Positions 37,200 through 49,883 are shown, counted from the first letter of the stretch. The stretch is DNA of 64,000 bases from Octopus vulgaris (GCA_951406725.2 OX597815.1:154380001-154444000); one strand, 5' to 3'. Made by a program: numbers and translations. The notes: generated by a model from the sequence alone, not told the origin.

Positions 37200-38400
37200 A
37201 TAAACATGTATTTTTTTTTATTGCAAATTCAATTTCGTAACAGCAGGGTTGTGCTTAGAATAGATAGTTTTTAATTAAATAGATTTTACAGTTGCTTTAT
37301 TGTATTGGCAAGATTCTTGATATAAAGTGTAGATAGCATTGCATTTGAAGTAATTTCAATACAATTACCTCTCTGGTAAACTTTGAGTAGATATTGATGA
37401 AACAATGGAAACTTTTCCTACCTGCCTTTATGCATCACATAACCCATAGCCTCTTATAATTGCGCTCATTACTTCTGTTGTACTGAGCTCAATATCAGTA
37501 TGATATTTGCGCAAGGCTCCACTCCAGGAAACCTTACCAAACACAGCTATGTTTTATTCTTGCAAGCTTTGCGATTTTATATTTAATTTGCATCCAACGC
37601 TACCATCACAGACACACAGCTGACAATACTCGACCAAAAAATTTCGGTGGGAATAGAATCAAATCTTGAATGAAGTTTTATATTCTGTGTAAGTTTTATA
37701 TTCTTGTGAGCCATTTACTTGCATTTTAGCTCTATAAACAATACCTGTGTCAAGACATTTACCTTCCAACGGACGGCAAGTCTTATCTTTGAAGTTGCAG
37801 TTCCTCAAGTTAGATTCGGTACTGTGGTTGCTTGTATAAATTTTCGCGTTCTGCTGTTTAATAAAAGAGGCGAAGATTTTGCAACAAGAATAGCTAACCT
37901 TCAGTGTTCTCATATTAAAAATTCTATAGACGTTATAGCTAGATTGAAAATGTTTAGAAACTAATTTTAAGAATACCTTCCCTATATTAGTATTTACGGC
38001 AATCTTAAATGCGGGGTTAAACCACAAAACTTTCCTAGTTCTAGTGCTGCGTGGTCTATTATTGCTAGAATTAGCTTGACTATACTGGATCTTCTCTGAG
38101 AATCCACTTTTCCTTAACCTATTAATATTTTGAAATGCTCTCTCTTCTGAAGTAATTGATGATATTTACCTTCCTACATTAATAACTAGGTTCTTAAGAA
38201 TTACGTGTAGACAATTAGATTCTTTGCTAATATAACATAGCTTATCATTGAGCTTATGGTAGGGTTTAAATGTATCTAATTGCAAATCTAAGTTATTAAG
38301 GTTACTTTCTGTTGTAATCCATAAGCCTACACTTTGGAAAAGAGTAATCAGATTCTTCCTAAAGTTTTCTAACTAATGCATTAAGAAATATAAAGAAATA
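37200..38400 (-). mobile_element. Decayed Penelope-like element (RT thumb, linker, GIY-YIG)
   Basis: FKPYHKLNDKLCYISKESN; WFNPAFKIAVNTNIGKVFLKLVSKHF...IFNMRTLKVSYSC; CNFKDKTCRPLEGKCLDTGIVYRA: typical PLE linker and endonuclease start. Confidence 0.9.
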
Positions 38401-38489
38401 ACTGAAATCCAGTTGAATTAGGTACTTCAGTTGAAGCATGAAGTCACCAAGTTGAAACACCAAGTACGGACAATATAATATAATATTAT

Positions 38490-38493
<4 letters not shown>

Positions 38494-38543
<50 letters not shown>

Positions 38544-38566
38544 GTGTGTGTGTATACACTTACATA

Positions 38567-38646
<80 letters not shown>
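38494..38646. repeat. (TA)n microsatellite
   Basis: Direct reading; similar tracts at 19382-19441, 36073-36244, 41396-41570 and 53927-54320. Confidence 0.95.
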
Positions 38647-38649
<3 letters not shown>

Positions 38650-39196
38650 GCATACGTGGGTACAGGCCGTCTCCAACAGCAAACATGAAATACAAAAGAA
38701 ATGAGTCCAATACAGAAGGAACGAGAGAAACTAATGAAAACCAGGACAAGGAAACTGAACGAAAACAAACATGGAAGGTCGTTAGATCAGAACGCAGGTA
38801 AAATAGCGAACGCTGGAGCCATATTTTCTTTGACAAGAGAAAAGATAGAAGGCAAAGATGGGATATCTCCAGTCCTTAGGTCAGTCCTGAAACCGAAGGA
38901 AGATGATCATATGAGGAAAAGGAAAATGGACAATGGTCACCTGTGAGCAACGAAAGCGAGAAAAGGAGAAAGAGAGGGAGAGAGAAAGATGGAAAACGGT
39001 GAAGGGGAGAAAAACGGAATTGGAGAAAAGGATGAGAGAGAAAACGATGGGAAGAATACATTATAGACTAGAATCGCATCAAAAAGATGAAGATAAACTT
39101 ACTTGGAAATTGATGCGTGGCGTTCAATCACATAACAATATAAATTTTATATAAATATATGCATATATATATATATATATATATACATACACACAC

Positions 39197-39968
39197 ATTA
39201 ATGGAATGAGATAAAAATACAAGGCTGTGGAAGATTTCAGAACATTTATAAATAGGTCTTACAGCTGTTTCCGGCATATTTTACGTATCCCTTCATTGGA
39301 CATGGTGAGATGGTGTCAGAAAATGGCTAAGCAATAGTTATCCTAGATAAGATATGAAATAGAGAGTGAATGGAGGACTGAAAATAGACGTGATATATGC
39401 AGGGATATTGTATCTTAAGTTTCATTATTTAGGCAGAATCGTATACATATCAGATTCCTGTATCTTGTGATTAAGTGCAAATAGTATTTAAAATTGGTCA
39501 TTCCAAGTATGGAATTTGTAAACTTTGTTATTGAATCGTTTTTTTTTTTTTTTTTTGAAGTGACTTAAAAATTGGGAATGTGTTGTAAGTCACTCAAAAA
39601 ACCCTCGATTCAATAACAAAGTTTACAAACTCTGTGTTTGGAATGACCAATTTTAGATACTATTGGCACTTAATCACAAGGTACAGGAATGTCATATGTA
39701 TACCATTCTGTCTAAATAATGGAACTGAAGATACAATATCCCTGTAAATCTCACGTATATTTCCTTCCTCCACTTCAGTCTCTATTTCATATCTTATCTA
39801 GAATAACTATTGCTTAACCATTCTCTCACACCGTCTCCGACGAAGGGATATTTAAAATATCCCAGAAACAGCTATAAGATATATAAATATCCCAGAAACA
39901 GCTATAAGATTTATAAATGTTCTGAAATCTTTCACAGCATTGGATTTTTTTTATCTCATTCTGTTAAT
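39197..39968. mobile_element. 770-bp fold-back made of two inverted PLE terminal-repeat-like units, each with a degenerate hammerhead
   Basis: Arms 39197-39570 and 39583-39968 are complementary throughout but diverged. Hammerheads at 39256-39302 (-) and 39833-39880 (+); 30-bp tandem duplication at ~39855-39914. Confidence 0.85.
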
Positions 39969-40118
39969 TGTTTTATATATACCCATGCTGATATATGACC
40001 TACGTTGGACTCCTCATTCGCATAATCACCGAATCTGGAGCTCAAGTATAGTCTGTCCATAGCACTTACTTAGAATTACCTGACACCTTTGGGTCTTCTT
40101 GACACCAGTACCTCTCAT

Positions 40119-40201
<83 letters not shown>

Positions 40202-41453
40202 ACTCAACCTTGACCCTCCATAATTCACAAAATTTATTTTGGTACTTATGGGAGGAACTACCTTCGAAGACATATATTGTCCTTCAATGCTCGAAATGAG
40301 GAGTAAATCGACAGCCGACAACTCATACTACTGGTGCTACTTGTTCTTTTTTCAATTTGTTTCTCTCGTTGTTTGTGTATTTAAATCATTTCTTTTCATA
40401 TTTCATGTTGTTTGCTTTTGGTGACATCCTGCACGCATATATGCATGTGTGTGTGTGTATATATACATATATATATCTATATATATAAACCTCAACTTGT
40501 GTGTCTGTGTGTGTATCTGTGTGTGTGTCTGTGTGTTTAACTTCCCGGCACATCTTCTCCTAGCCAACAAATCGTAGAACCACCAAAAATGGGTCACTTA
40601 AAGTTTAGGCGAATGAAAATTGAACTGGGCTATTTCTATTCCGAAAGTCATCTCGCAGGTGCAAAAATCGATAATGTGTTTGTTTAGACCTTATCCCATG
40701 CATTGAATAGTGAACTTTACTCAATCAGCTGTTTGACGTGAACTCTGTTCACCACGCGTGCAAGCATGCGTAAATTGCATGAAAAATAAAAAATCAAGAT
40801 ATAAAAACCAATCGCCGTAAACATTGTAGAAATTCGGCAAAGAAATGAATTTTCGGAATGTAGCCTGGAGGGTTTTTTCGTATTAATCGTTTGGACTCTC
40901 TGAACACATACCAATTGTTTTCATAACATTTTTAACGCTTTGAATTAAATGTGACCATTTTGCGTTGAGTCTGCAGTTTGAATCACTTTAACCAAATTTC
41001 AGCAGGCCGGATTTTTGATCATCACGATACATCGCCAGCGACTCCCTGAAACTCTCCCCTGAAATCCCCATTGAGAAATACTGATCTAAAAGAATAATTC
41101 AACAATGCAAATATTTGATCAGCAAAAATTTATGAAGCGCTTCTACGTACTTCCTATTGAGGAAATGGAACACATAATCGCAAAAATAGAGGGCATTAAA
41201 TGCTTGATTTTAAAACCCAAATAATTGAATTTTGATTGAACTTCATCCAAGTTTAGCTTAATTCGCGCGTGCATAGAACGCACGAGCGCACGTACGTACA
41301 TTGTGTAAGAAAGTATTGATTTTGCACTCGCAGGTTAATCGATTTTCCTCAGTGTGATTAATAGTCACACAAAGCCGGGCAATACTGCTAGTACATATAT
41401 ATATATATGAATATGAATATATATATATTATATTATCTATATATGCATATGTA

Positions 41454-41486
<33 letters not shown>

Positions 41487-43484
41487 GCATATGCATATAT
41501 ATGTGTATATATATATATATGCATATATATATACATACACATATATTACATATATATATATATATTTATATTTGTGTGTGCATGTATGTATGCATGTATG
41601 TATGCATGTATGCATGTATACATGTATGCATAGACTAAATTATCCATTGTGTTCTTTCTATTTTACGTCAGTAAAACTACTTATCTTTTAACCATGGTCG
41701 TATCCAGTGGCAGTGCTTATATATGTGAAGATGAAATAATCACCCTCGTGAAGTTTATTTTACTACAATTCATGATAGTAATCAAATAGTTATCAGTTAT
41801 ATAGTGGGTACGAATATCAAATCCAGGAAACCGTACATACCTCTATATAAAATTCAAAATTTTCGCCTAATCACAGCTCAGTCTAAATCATATCAAATTT
41901 TAAAAATAACGAAGTATCTTGTTGAATTACGGTTAGCGATATCATGGTAATCAGTTTACAAATTAATTCTATTTCTAAACTGAAACCGGTGATAGATGTA
42001 AATTTGATCTTTCAAATCTAATGTATAAATCATAAATACATGGCAATGAAAATTAATATTCCGGTTAACTTATCTGCTTGTTTTGACAATATGATCAATG
42101 TTCAATTATAATTAACTTCCTGATTATATTTGATGGACCAATTGAATTATTGCCAAGAGTATCAGTGTCTTATGTTATGACGTTGTTATGCTTGTAGGGC
42201 AATCAAATTTGCGTATAAACTAACAAGATATATATTTAATATTCAAAACCAGATACTACAATGACAGCTCATTTCAGAATAACAGAAGGCTAAAGGACTT
42301 TTATCGAAAACATTATGACTATGGCCTTCCTAATATATATTGAAAGCATTGTTTGTCTTGAGCAATACGTTGCAATGTATTTTGAAAGGTAATAGAGGGA
42401 AATTTGGCAGGATATCTAAATTTGTATTTCTAGCAAACAGATCGAGATTGTAGATACTTTCTTATCAGTTAACATCATATTTGTGCAGATATGAGATGGA
42501 AGCTACCGTTGCGAACTGATATCCTTGCTGGGCTTCTAAATGCCATAGGCTGAAGTTGGTGCATAGCTAAATATGATATATTTAGGGAACAGGCTTATAT
42601 ATATGGTGTGGTGAGCCAAGAATAATTCTTAATCAATCAAAATTAATCACGTAATGTTACAAAGTTTAATGTGAAAAGAATAGTAAACTTTTAATTTGCA
42701 ATGGTCATATGAAATGCAGTACGGTGTGAGTTTCATCTTCAGCGGCTACAACGAAAATTCCGGACACATTTTAGTCTTTTAGACCTTCTCAACCAAATAT
42801 ATCTAACAAGTAAATAGTAAATCAAAGAACAGCTTTGAGAGGGTATAGTTTATTTGTAAAGATCATTCATAGATCACGTAGCAGAGAATGATAAGAAATG
42901 CATTTTGCATGAAGGGCTTATTGTTAAGTGCAGGCTAACCTAATATAATTATAACCAGTGAAAATAGTGACTAATAGATTCGAATTCAATTCGTAATGAA
43001 AACTTAAACTATAATCGTTAATGAGCATATCAAGTTATGAAAGAAAACACAAAACTTTAAAAAGAAACTTAAATGTGATTAGGCAATCAAAAATGAGCTT
43101 GATTTTTGACAAATGCGGTGACGACTTCAGATTTGTTTCAAACTTATAAAACCTCATCAGCGTACTGTTTTGTTACGCTACAATTATAAAAAATTTTGCT
43201 ATAGAAATTAGAGAAACGCCAAATAAAAAACGAGTTACTTTTTGAAAAGTTACCTCACACGATGCATCTTTACATAAGATGCATCACGGCTGTTTGTACA
43301 GTGCATCACTTGAAAGGTACCAGTGCATGATAGGTCGAAGCTATAGTAGCGGTTCTGAATTTATGAGTCTCGTGAATTCAACATTCTTTCTCTTGTGGCC
43401 GAGCTACGAAAGGGAAAATCATATATATTTATACTGACAGTGTGTGTGTGTGTGGGGGGGGCAAGTTCCCTGCAGCAAGCGAGG

Positions 43485-43537
43485 AGTGTCATATCATCAA
43501 TTGATTTCGGATTGAATTAATCCTCATCAGTGACACT
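43485..43537 (-). ncRNA. Canonical type I hammerhead ribozyme
   Basis: AGUGUCA-CUGAUGA-GGAUU AAUUC AAUCC-GAAA-UCA AUUGA UGA-UA-UGACACU: all core nucleotides, G10.1-C11.1, and three perfect stems; predicted cut between 43492 and 43491. Confidence 0.9.
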
Positions 43538-43620
43538 TACTCTGTGTCCTAGAGTTTAACTGTCAGTTTATAGAAAATACCAGAGGAATCAGTAGCTGAT
43601 TTAGTAAAATGGTGAAGTGA

Positions 43621-43760
43621 AAATTATAAAATTTTAAAGTGGCTCGTCGCAATTTAGAAACAAATGTGACTAAGGGTGTCAATTAGCACTCTTAGTCACT
43701 TTAGTGACGATTGTACTGGTAGCTTTTGGTTTTGAAATTGCGAATAGCCACCTTAATAAT

Positions 43761-43764
<4 letters not shown>
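43621..43764. other. Branched inverted repeat next to the hammerhead
   Basis: GTGGCT..TCGCAATTT / AAATTGCGA..AGCCAC enclosing GTGACTAAGGGTG-TCAATTAG-CACTCTTAGTCAC. Confidence 0.75.
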
Positions 43765-43832
<68 letters not shown>

Positions 43833-44716
43833 GTACAGGTATGTACGCATACATAATACATGCATACATAGGTACATACATACATACTTGCAGGTACTTA
43901 CACTGCACTCAATCATCTTCAAAATGGATATAAAACATCTGAAAATGTAGTACTGGATCCCTAATGACCTGAGTAAAGCATTGAATGTCGTAGCTAGTAC
44001 AAAGGCAATGATAAGAAAGCAAAGTGAAGCAGATCTGTTTGCAAATATTTGTACACATAATTAGTTACGTACGGTATGCAAAGTGGGACGAAAAGAATTT
44101 TGTTTTTGTTTTTTTACCCTTATAGAAGTCATGTGCAGTTGTGAACTTCATTGGCTATCCGAGACTGGGAAATCAATATCGTGGATGTTCAGTGTGAACC
44201 ATAATAAGTAGATATCTTCAGGAAAAACATTAGTGGAGTTGGAATTCAGAGGATTGCTATCATGGGGAAAAACAACTAAAAAAAGATTGTTTTTTTGTTT
44301 TTTGTTTTTTTTTCGAATGTAAGAAAATATGCTGATCAAATTTGCAAGCTCGTAATTCATAGACTACTGTGATCGATTTCAGTGCAATCAATCTTGAATA
44401 TCTGAAGAAAAGTTGGACGTAGTGGTTATTGCTGGGCTAAGGTGTGTGGTCAGTATGATTGCAGAGACAAGAAACGATAGAAAAGTTACATTAGAAAGAG
44501 AGCTCATTTGTATGTAAGAGCTTAATGTATTGGTTAATGAGTCTTTGCCAGCAGTCAACCGGAAAACGTTTTTTTATGTATTCATTCAGCTTAAGATTTT
44601 GTTGTTCTTGTTAATTTTATTTAAATCCAGGTCAACCACATTCAAGTAGACCAATAGTCCAAGGCTTTTAAGCCATTAGTATTATTTTTTTATTTGAGGG
44701 ATACATTGTTTAATTA

Positions 44717-44790
<74 letters not shown>

Positions 44791-45875
44791 TTAAGTTGTG
44801 AGTGAGATTTAGTGCTATTTCTAGCGTGTCAATTAATGACATCTACGCACTTTGATTGGTTCGAATTTAGCCTGTAAATATATAGAGTTGTTACACTGAC
44901 CAAAATGTGAAACGAATAGCTATCCCTATACATTTGTAGAGAGTCGGCAACTGTTTGTAGCTCAGTCATATTCTGGCCCTGCAAATGGGAGGCTATGGCC
45001 TGAAGGCGAAGGACTTTTCGTGACTTTCACTAGCCCATTCACTCAATATTCGGATATTTTTATTCACCTAGTATTATGATTATAGAAAGACATGCATATT
45101 CACACATAATTACACAAATATATACAAATTCACACACACATACACACACGTACATACACACACGTACACAGACACGCATACACGCACGCACTTCATTTAT
45201 TATATATATACACACAAATATATAGTTGTAAGCGCCACACTGACATGTATGAGATTATGCTCACAGACACGCACATAGAGGCATACATACATACATAGAT
45301 ATAATTATGCCCAAACACACACATACACGCACAGACTCGCGCCCACACACGTGTACAACAATAAAAAGAATACGATGAGAGAGGAACGGGAAGGAAAAGA
45401 AAAGAAAAGCAATAAAAACGAAATGAGTAGAGTTAATTATTTATAGGAATTGATACGTAATTATTATGTTGAGCCCCGCAGGAAAAAAGAAAGATTAGTG
45501 TGTGTGTAGTTCGAAAGATAAACAATAGATTGTATTTGAAAGAGGGGTTGTGTAAGTTATGCCAGCTGACTCTTATGCTAATGACAATTAAAAATAAACG
45601 GTGATTAAAAACTGCGATGGGACACTCGGGAGTTAAACATGAATCAAACGTATTACTAATGAAATTTTATATTTAAAACTATAAAACAATAGAGATTTGG
45701 GAGAAGGTATAAAATGTTATTTATGTACATTCAGAAGATAAACAAATACATGAGTTAGTAAATAATTGTGTTATGTGTGTGGTTTAATATATGTTTTCGG
45801 AAGTTAGAATTGATAAGAAAATATGCGCGTTGAGGCAAAATACTGCTGTGTGTCAATTCCCTTAATAATTGAATA

Positions 45876-45910
45876 GGTACAGGCGTAGCTGTGGTAAGAA
45901 GCTTGCTTCT
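45876..45910 (+). mobile_element. 5' head of a split SINE family A copy
   Basis: GGTACAGGCGTAGCTGTGGTAAGAAGCTTGCTTC matches the first ~35 nt of the SINE A copy ending at 23820; the rest resumes at 49884. Confidence 0.8.
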
Positions 45911-47896
45911 GCGCAGGCGTTTGTTGTCAATTGTTCATAGCATTGAATGAAGTCGTCTCACTGGCTTGCAGCGGACGGAAATTGATTCTACTGTAAGGTA
46001 AGACTTTTGTTTTGGGGGTCCAGTGGGGGTTTGTTGTTTGTGATAATTATTTTTGTACAAGCAAGAGGTCTTCACTGGACTCTGGGCGCTGGTCGGCCTG
46101 TAGTAAAGTATATAGTTTTTTTTCACTTAATTGTGAGAATTATTGTTTGGGGGAATATTCCGCCTCCAAACGTGAATAGTGTTGTTCTCAATTAATATTT
46201 GAGAATTGTTCGCTTGGAAAGTTGGTTCATGCTGGTGAATAATTTTGTGGAATTATACAACAGTGAGAAGCTGTGTTCCAATTTCAAACTGAAGGCCGAG
46301 GAGTACCGTGTGGCCAAAGGATTTTTTGAATTGCCGCTCTCTCTTCTTCTATCTATCATTTTAAAATTCTTTGAACTGTATATTTTTTTTCTTCTTCCTT
46401 TAGGTTGGGATTTCCGTTTGGATTTTCTCACTAATTGTTTGAATTTTGCGAACTGTTTTTGAACTGTTTAATTTATCATGGCAAAGGACAAAGAAAAAAC
46501 TGTGGAGTGGGAGATAATGCCAACCAAGCAGTAGACGGTGGTGTTGAGGACTTACTCCAAGTCCCTCGACACCATCGCCGCCTGCGAGAAAAATTTGATA
46601 GAAAAAGAGTTGGCAGAATATATGACAACTATTAAGTACATCTCTAGGGGGCCAAATACGCAACCGTGTGATTGCTATTTGACACTCCCGAAGAGGCTCG
46701 CAAATTCGCGAGCCAGCCCGTGGAGAGCACAGAAATTTTGTTTCTTCCCACTTATTTTGGGAGGAAGTTGACGAAGGCTTGGCTCTGCGGTTTGCCACCC
46801 GGAACTGAACCCGAGTGGATAGAAGATACTATCCACCGGGGACTGGGTGGCAGCAGTACCATGCTCCTCAACGTAAATATCTTGCCTGAGGTTGATGTGG
46901 GGGTCAAAAGCTGTTTTGACCCTGTAGACCCAATCAGCCGAAAATCTGGTATTCCCACATTTTTTAAGAATTGCCGGGTTCAAGTATCCGGTGATGCATG
47001 AGGACGCCCCCATCAAGTGTCACTTGTGCCTGGAACCGGGTCATATAAATAAGTACTGCCCTCGGGACCAAAATATGGTCCTGGAGCAGTTAATAAGGAT
47101 ACCGCTCCCTGATCCCTTATTGGAGGGAGAGAAGAAGGAAGTTGAGGAGGTGGAAACATCCTCGAAAAAGACAAAAGAAAGGTGGGCAACAATTGTTGCT
47201 CACCGAAGGATCCGAAGGCTGAGGGAGGATCTTCTGGATAAAGTAACTCAACCCTCCCGTGGCTCAAGGGGAAAAAGAAAAACGGTTTGTGACACACTGC
47301 CGGCGTGTCTCGAAGCACCATTGGTGGGAGTGGTTCCACCGAAGGTGGAAACTGTAGACCTCTCCCATGTTGTGGAGGAGTAATTTGGGGGTCATCTTCC
47401 ATAAAGGAGGGGCACTAGAAAGCTTCATTAAGAAGCTTAGAAAGAAAGGCCGAAGAGAGGGCATTCTGTCCTGCGCGGGGACCCTGAGTGGTCTTCGCAG
47501 GTGGCTGCGGAGGTCATATAGGAAACCGATCTGCACAGGATAATGAACTCCTTCCGAGAGGATACCTTTAGATTTGTGTTAAAACGGCTTGACTTGGCAC
47601 CGTCCAAGTGTTTGACTAGGGTGAGGAGCATGGTCAGGCAGGAAAGCATGTAACTGATAATATAAGTTTATTGTATTTTATTGTATTTTTATTGAATTGT
47701 TTAAGAGGTTTATCGCGTCATAAATGTTTTTTTTTAACTGTGTAAGGTGTTTATTGCTTCGAGTATGAAACTTAAAAAGAACAATGCTTGTTGCCCTCAT
47801 TTTTCACCATTTCATTTGTCATTCATATCATTATGTGTGTGTTCAGCCCGTAGCTGCCTTTCTGAGTAAGGCCTTTATGGCCAGTCTAATGAATAA
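45911..47896 (+). mobile_element. ORF1-only L1/Tx1-like non-LTR element, copy 1 (~2.0 kb)
   Basis: ~570-nt 5' UTR, one decayed ORF with a CCHC knuckle, 3' UTR ending GGCC-TTTAT-GGCC...AATAAAA; flanked by AAGAAGCTT(G/A)CTTC direct repeats. Confidence 0.8.
46478..47653 (+). pseudogene. gag-like ORF1 (RRM-like region plus zinc knuckle), frameshifted
   Basis: MAKDKEKTVEWEIMP...TVVLRTYSKSL...LFDTPEEA...AWLCGLPPGTEPEWI...YPVMHEDAPIKCHLCLEPGHINKYCP (CX2CX4HX4C at 47018-47059), basic/acidic linker, C-terminal segment shared with copy 2. Confidence 0.8.
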
Positions 47897-47910
47897 AAGA
47901 AGCTTACTTC

Positions 47911-49883
47911 CCTCAATACAGTGTAGACGTGTCCTTCTTCGCTGCTGGTGTCACGTCTTTGTATACCAACGTCGTGGATTATCGAAGCACAGCTACTAGG
48001 TAAGACATTTGTGTTTGGGGGATTCAGTGGGGGTTTGTTGCTCGTGTTTATTTATTTTTGTCGAACAAGAAATCTCCACTGAGTTTTACGCATTTGTCTG
48101 CCTGTGGTTGTGTTTAAAGTCCCACTTAGCGGTGAGAAGTGTTTTTTGGGGGCGTATCCCTCCGAAAATGGTGTTATTTTTTGTGACTGTTTTGTGTAAT
48201 TGAAGGAGGATTACAAAGTTGGCCAGGAGTACAAGGACGGCCAGAAGAATTTGCTGTGTTTTTTTAATTGTTTCTTGTCTGCTTCCATTTTGTCTTTTTT
48301 TTAACTTTGAACTGTTGCTTTTGTAGACTTTAAAAAAAAAACGTGGCAAAGAAGATAAATAACACTGCGTTGGAGTGGGAGATTGTCCCGCCCAAACAGT
48401 GGATGAAAGATTTTGAAGAGAGGACGGTGGTGCTGCGAACGTACTCCAAGTCGCTCAACGCCATCCACCTCTATCAAAAGAGTGAAATTGAGAAAGAATT
48501 GACAGAATATTTGCCAACTATTAAATTCATCTCCAGAGTGGTCAAATATGCAACGGTGTGGCTGCTGTTTGACACCCCTTAGTAGGCTCGCATTTTTGTG
48601 AGTCAGCACCTGGAGGGCAATAAAATTTTGTTTCTTCTCACATATTGTGGGAGGAAGTTGACAAGAGCTTGGGTTTGTGGCTGCCACCCGGGATAAAACC
48701 CGAGTGGATAGAGGAAACTATCCGCCGGTGTCTGGGTGGCAGCGGAGCCAAGCTCATTAATCTGAAAGTTTTTCCTGCGGCTGATTGGGTTGGGTCAAAA
48801 GCTGTTTTGACCCTGTGGACCCAATCAGCCAATCCATATTTTTTTTATATGGTCGGGTGCAGTTACCCTGTGATTCTTGAGGGTCTCCCCACACCCCAGG
48901 TGTCATCGGTGCCTGGAGCCTGGCCATATAAAGAAAAACTGTCCCCAGGAAAAAGTAAGGTCCTGGAGCAGTTGGTTGAGACCTCTGTAGAAGGGGAAAT
49001 GAAGGCGGCTGAGGAGGCGGAGGACTCCTCAAAGAAGGGCCGCAAGAGGAAGAAGGTGACCAACAATGGGTGCTCACTGAAGGATCCTAGGGATGAGGGA
49101 GAGAACGCGAATCTCCCGGTCACGGAGATGACGCACCCTCCCTCGGGTGAGAAGAAAAAAGAGGAAGAGGAAGGGAAACGGGACATTGCCGGCAGTCGGT
49201 GACATAGTACCGGAATGTCCCAGACCTCGTCGGCGGGGGTTGTGGTACTGGCCGGGGAAGAGATACTGTCGGTGGGAATTGTACCACCGACAGTAGAAGT
49301 GACTATCTCGTCCTCGAAGGAAGACGAATTATTGGTCTTCTTCTACATAGGCGGAGAGTTGGAGAAGGTGTTGGAAAAGCACCATAAGGGAATACCTTTA
49401 GCCTGCACATGGGATCCCGAATGGCCTCCGCAGATAGCTGCGGCGGTCATAACGTTGCTCGTGATGCGTACACTGTAGGTACTCAACGAGTAATATTGCT
49501 TGTGACCGGGCGACACCAACACGGCACCAGTCTTGTGCTTGAATGAGGCGAGGGTGATGGCGGAGGATGGGGTCACAAGCGATGTTAGGTAGGAATATGG
49601 ATAAGAGTTTGAACAGCCTCAGTGTTATTGAAAGTTCCTAGTTTGGAAAAAAGGTAAGAGGCTTCGTGCCTCATTTTTGAATTGTTAACAATGTAAGAGG
49701 TTTGTTGCCTCATGAATAAAATAAGAGATCAATGTTCACGGGACAAGAACGATCGGCGGGCGTCGCTTTTCCCCCACCTATTAATCATCATTTTCATTTT
49801 TCATTTCATATAACATTATGTCTGTGTCCAGCCCGCAGCTTCCTATCTCTATGTAAGGCCTGTATGGCCAATATAATGAAATA
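47911..49883 (+). mobile_element. ORF1-only L1/Tx1-like non-LTR element, copy 2 (~2.0 kb, clearly diverged from copy 1)
   Basis: Colinear with copy 1 from 5' UTR to 3' end GGCC-TGTAT-GGCC...AATAAA; followed by AAGAAGCTTACTCTCC. Confidence 0.8.
48343..49592 (+). pseudogene. gag-like ORF1, frameshifted
   Basis: EWEIVPPKQW...TVVLRTYSKSL...WLLFDTP; LPPGIKPEWIEETI; YPVILEG.P.RCHRCLEPGHIKKNCP (knuckle at 48901-48942, in a frame not listed in the track). Confidence 0.8.

Noticed and set aside
41368-41392. Helitron-like 3' end (GCCGGG...CTAGT); similar at ~3066 in reverse
   Set aside because: Subterminal hairpin incomplete and no 5' end found.
42712-42750. Minus-strand CTGAAGA-T-GAAA
   Set aside because: No stem II, and stem I is out of register.
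43110-43165. Minus-strand CTGATGA...GAAAC...GTC hammerhead-like core
   Set aside because: Stems I and II do not pair convincingly.
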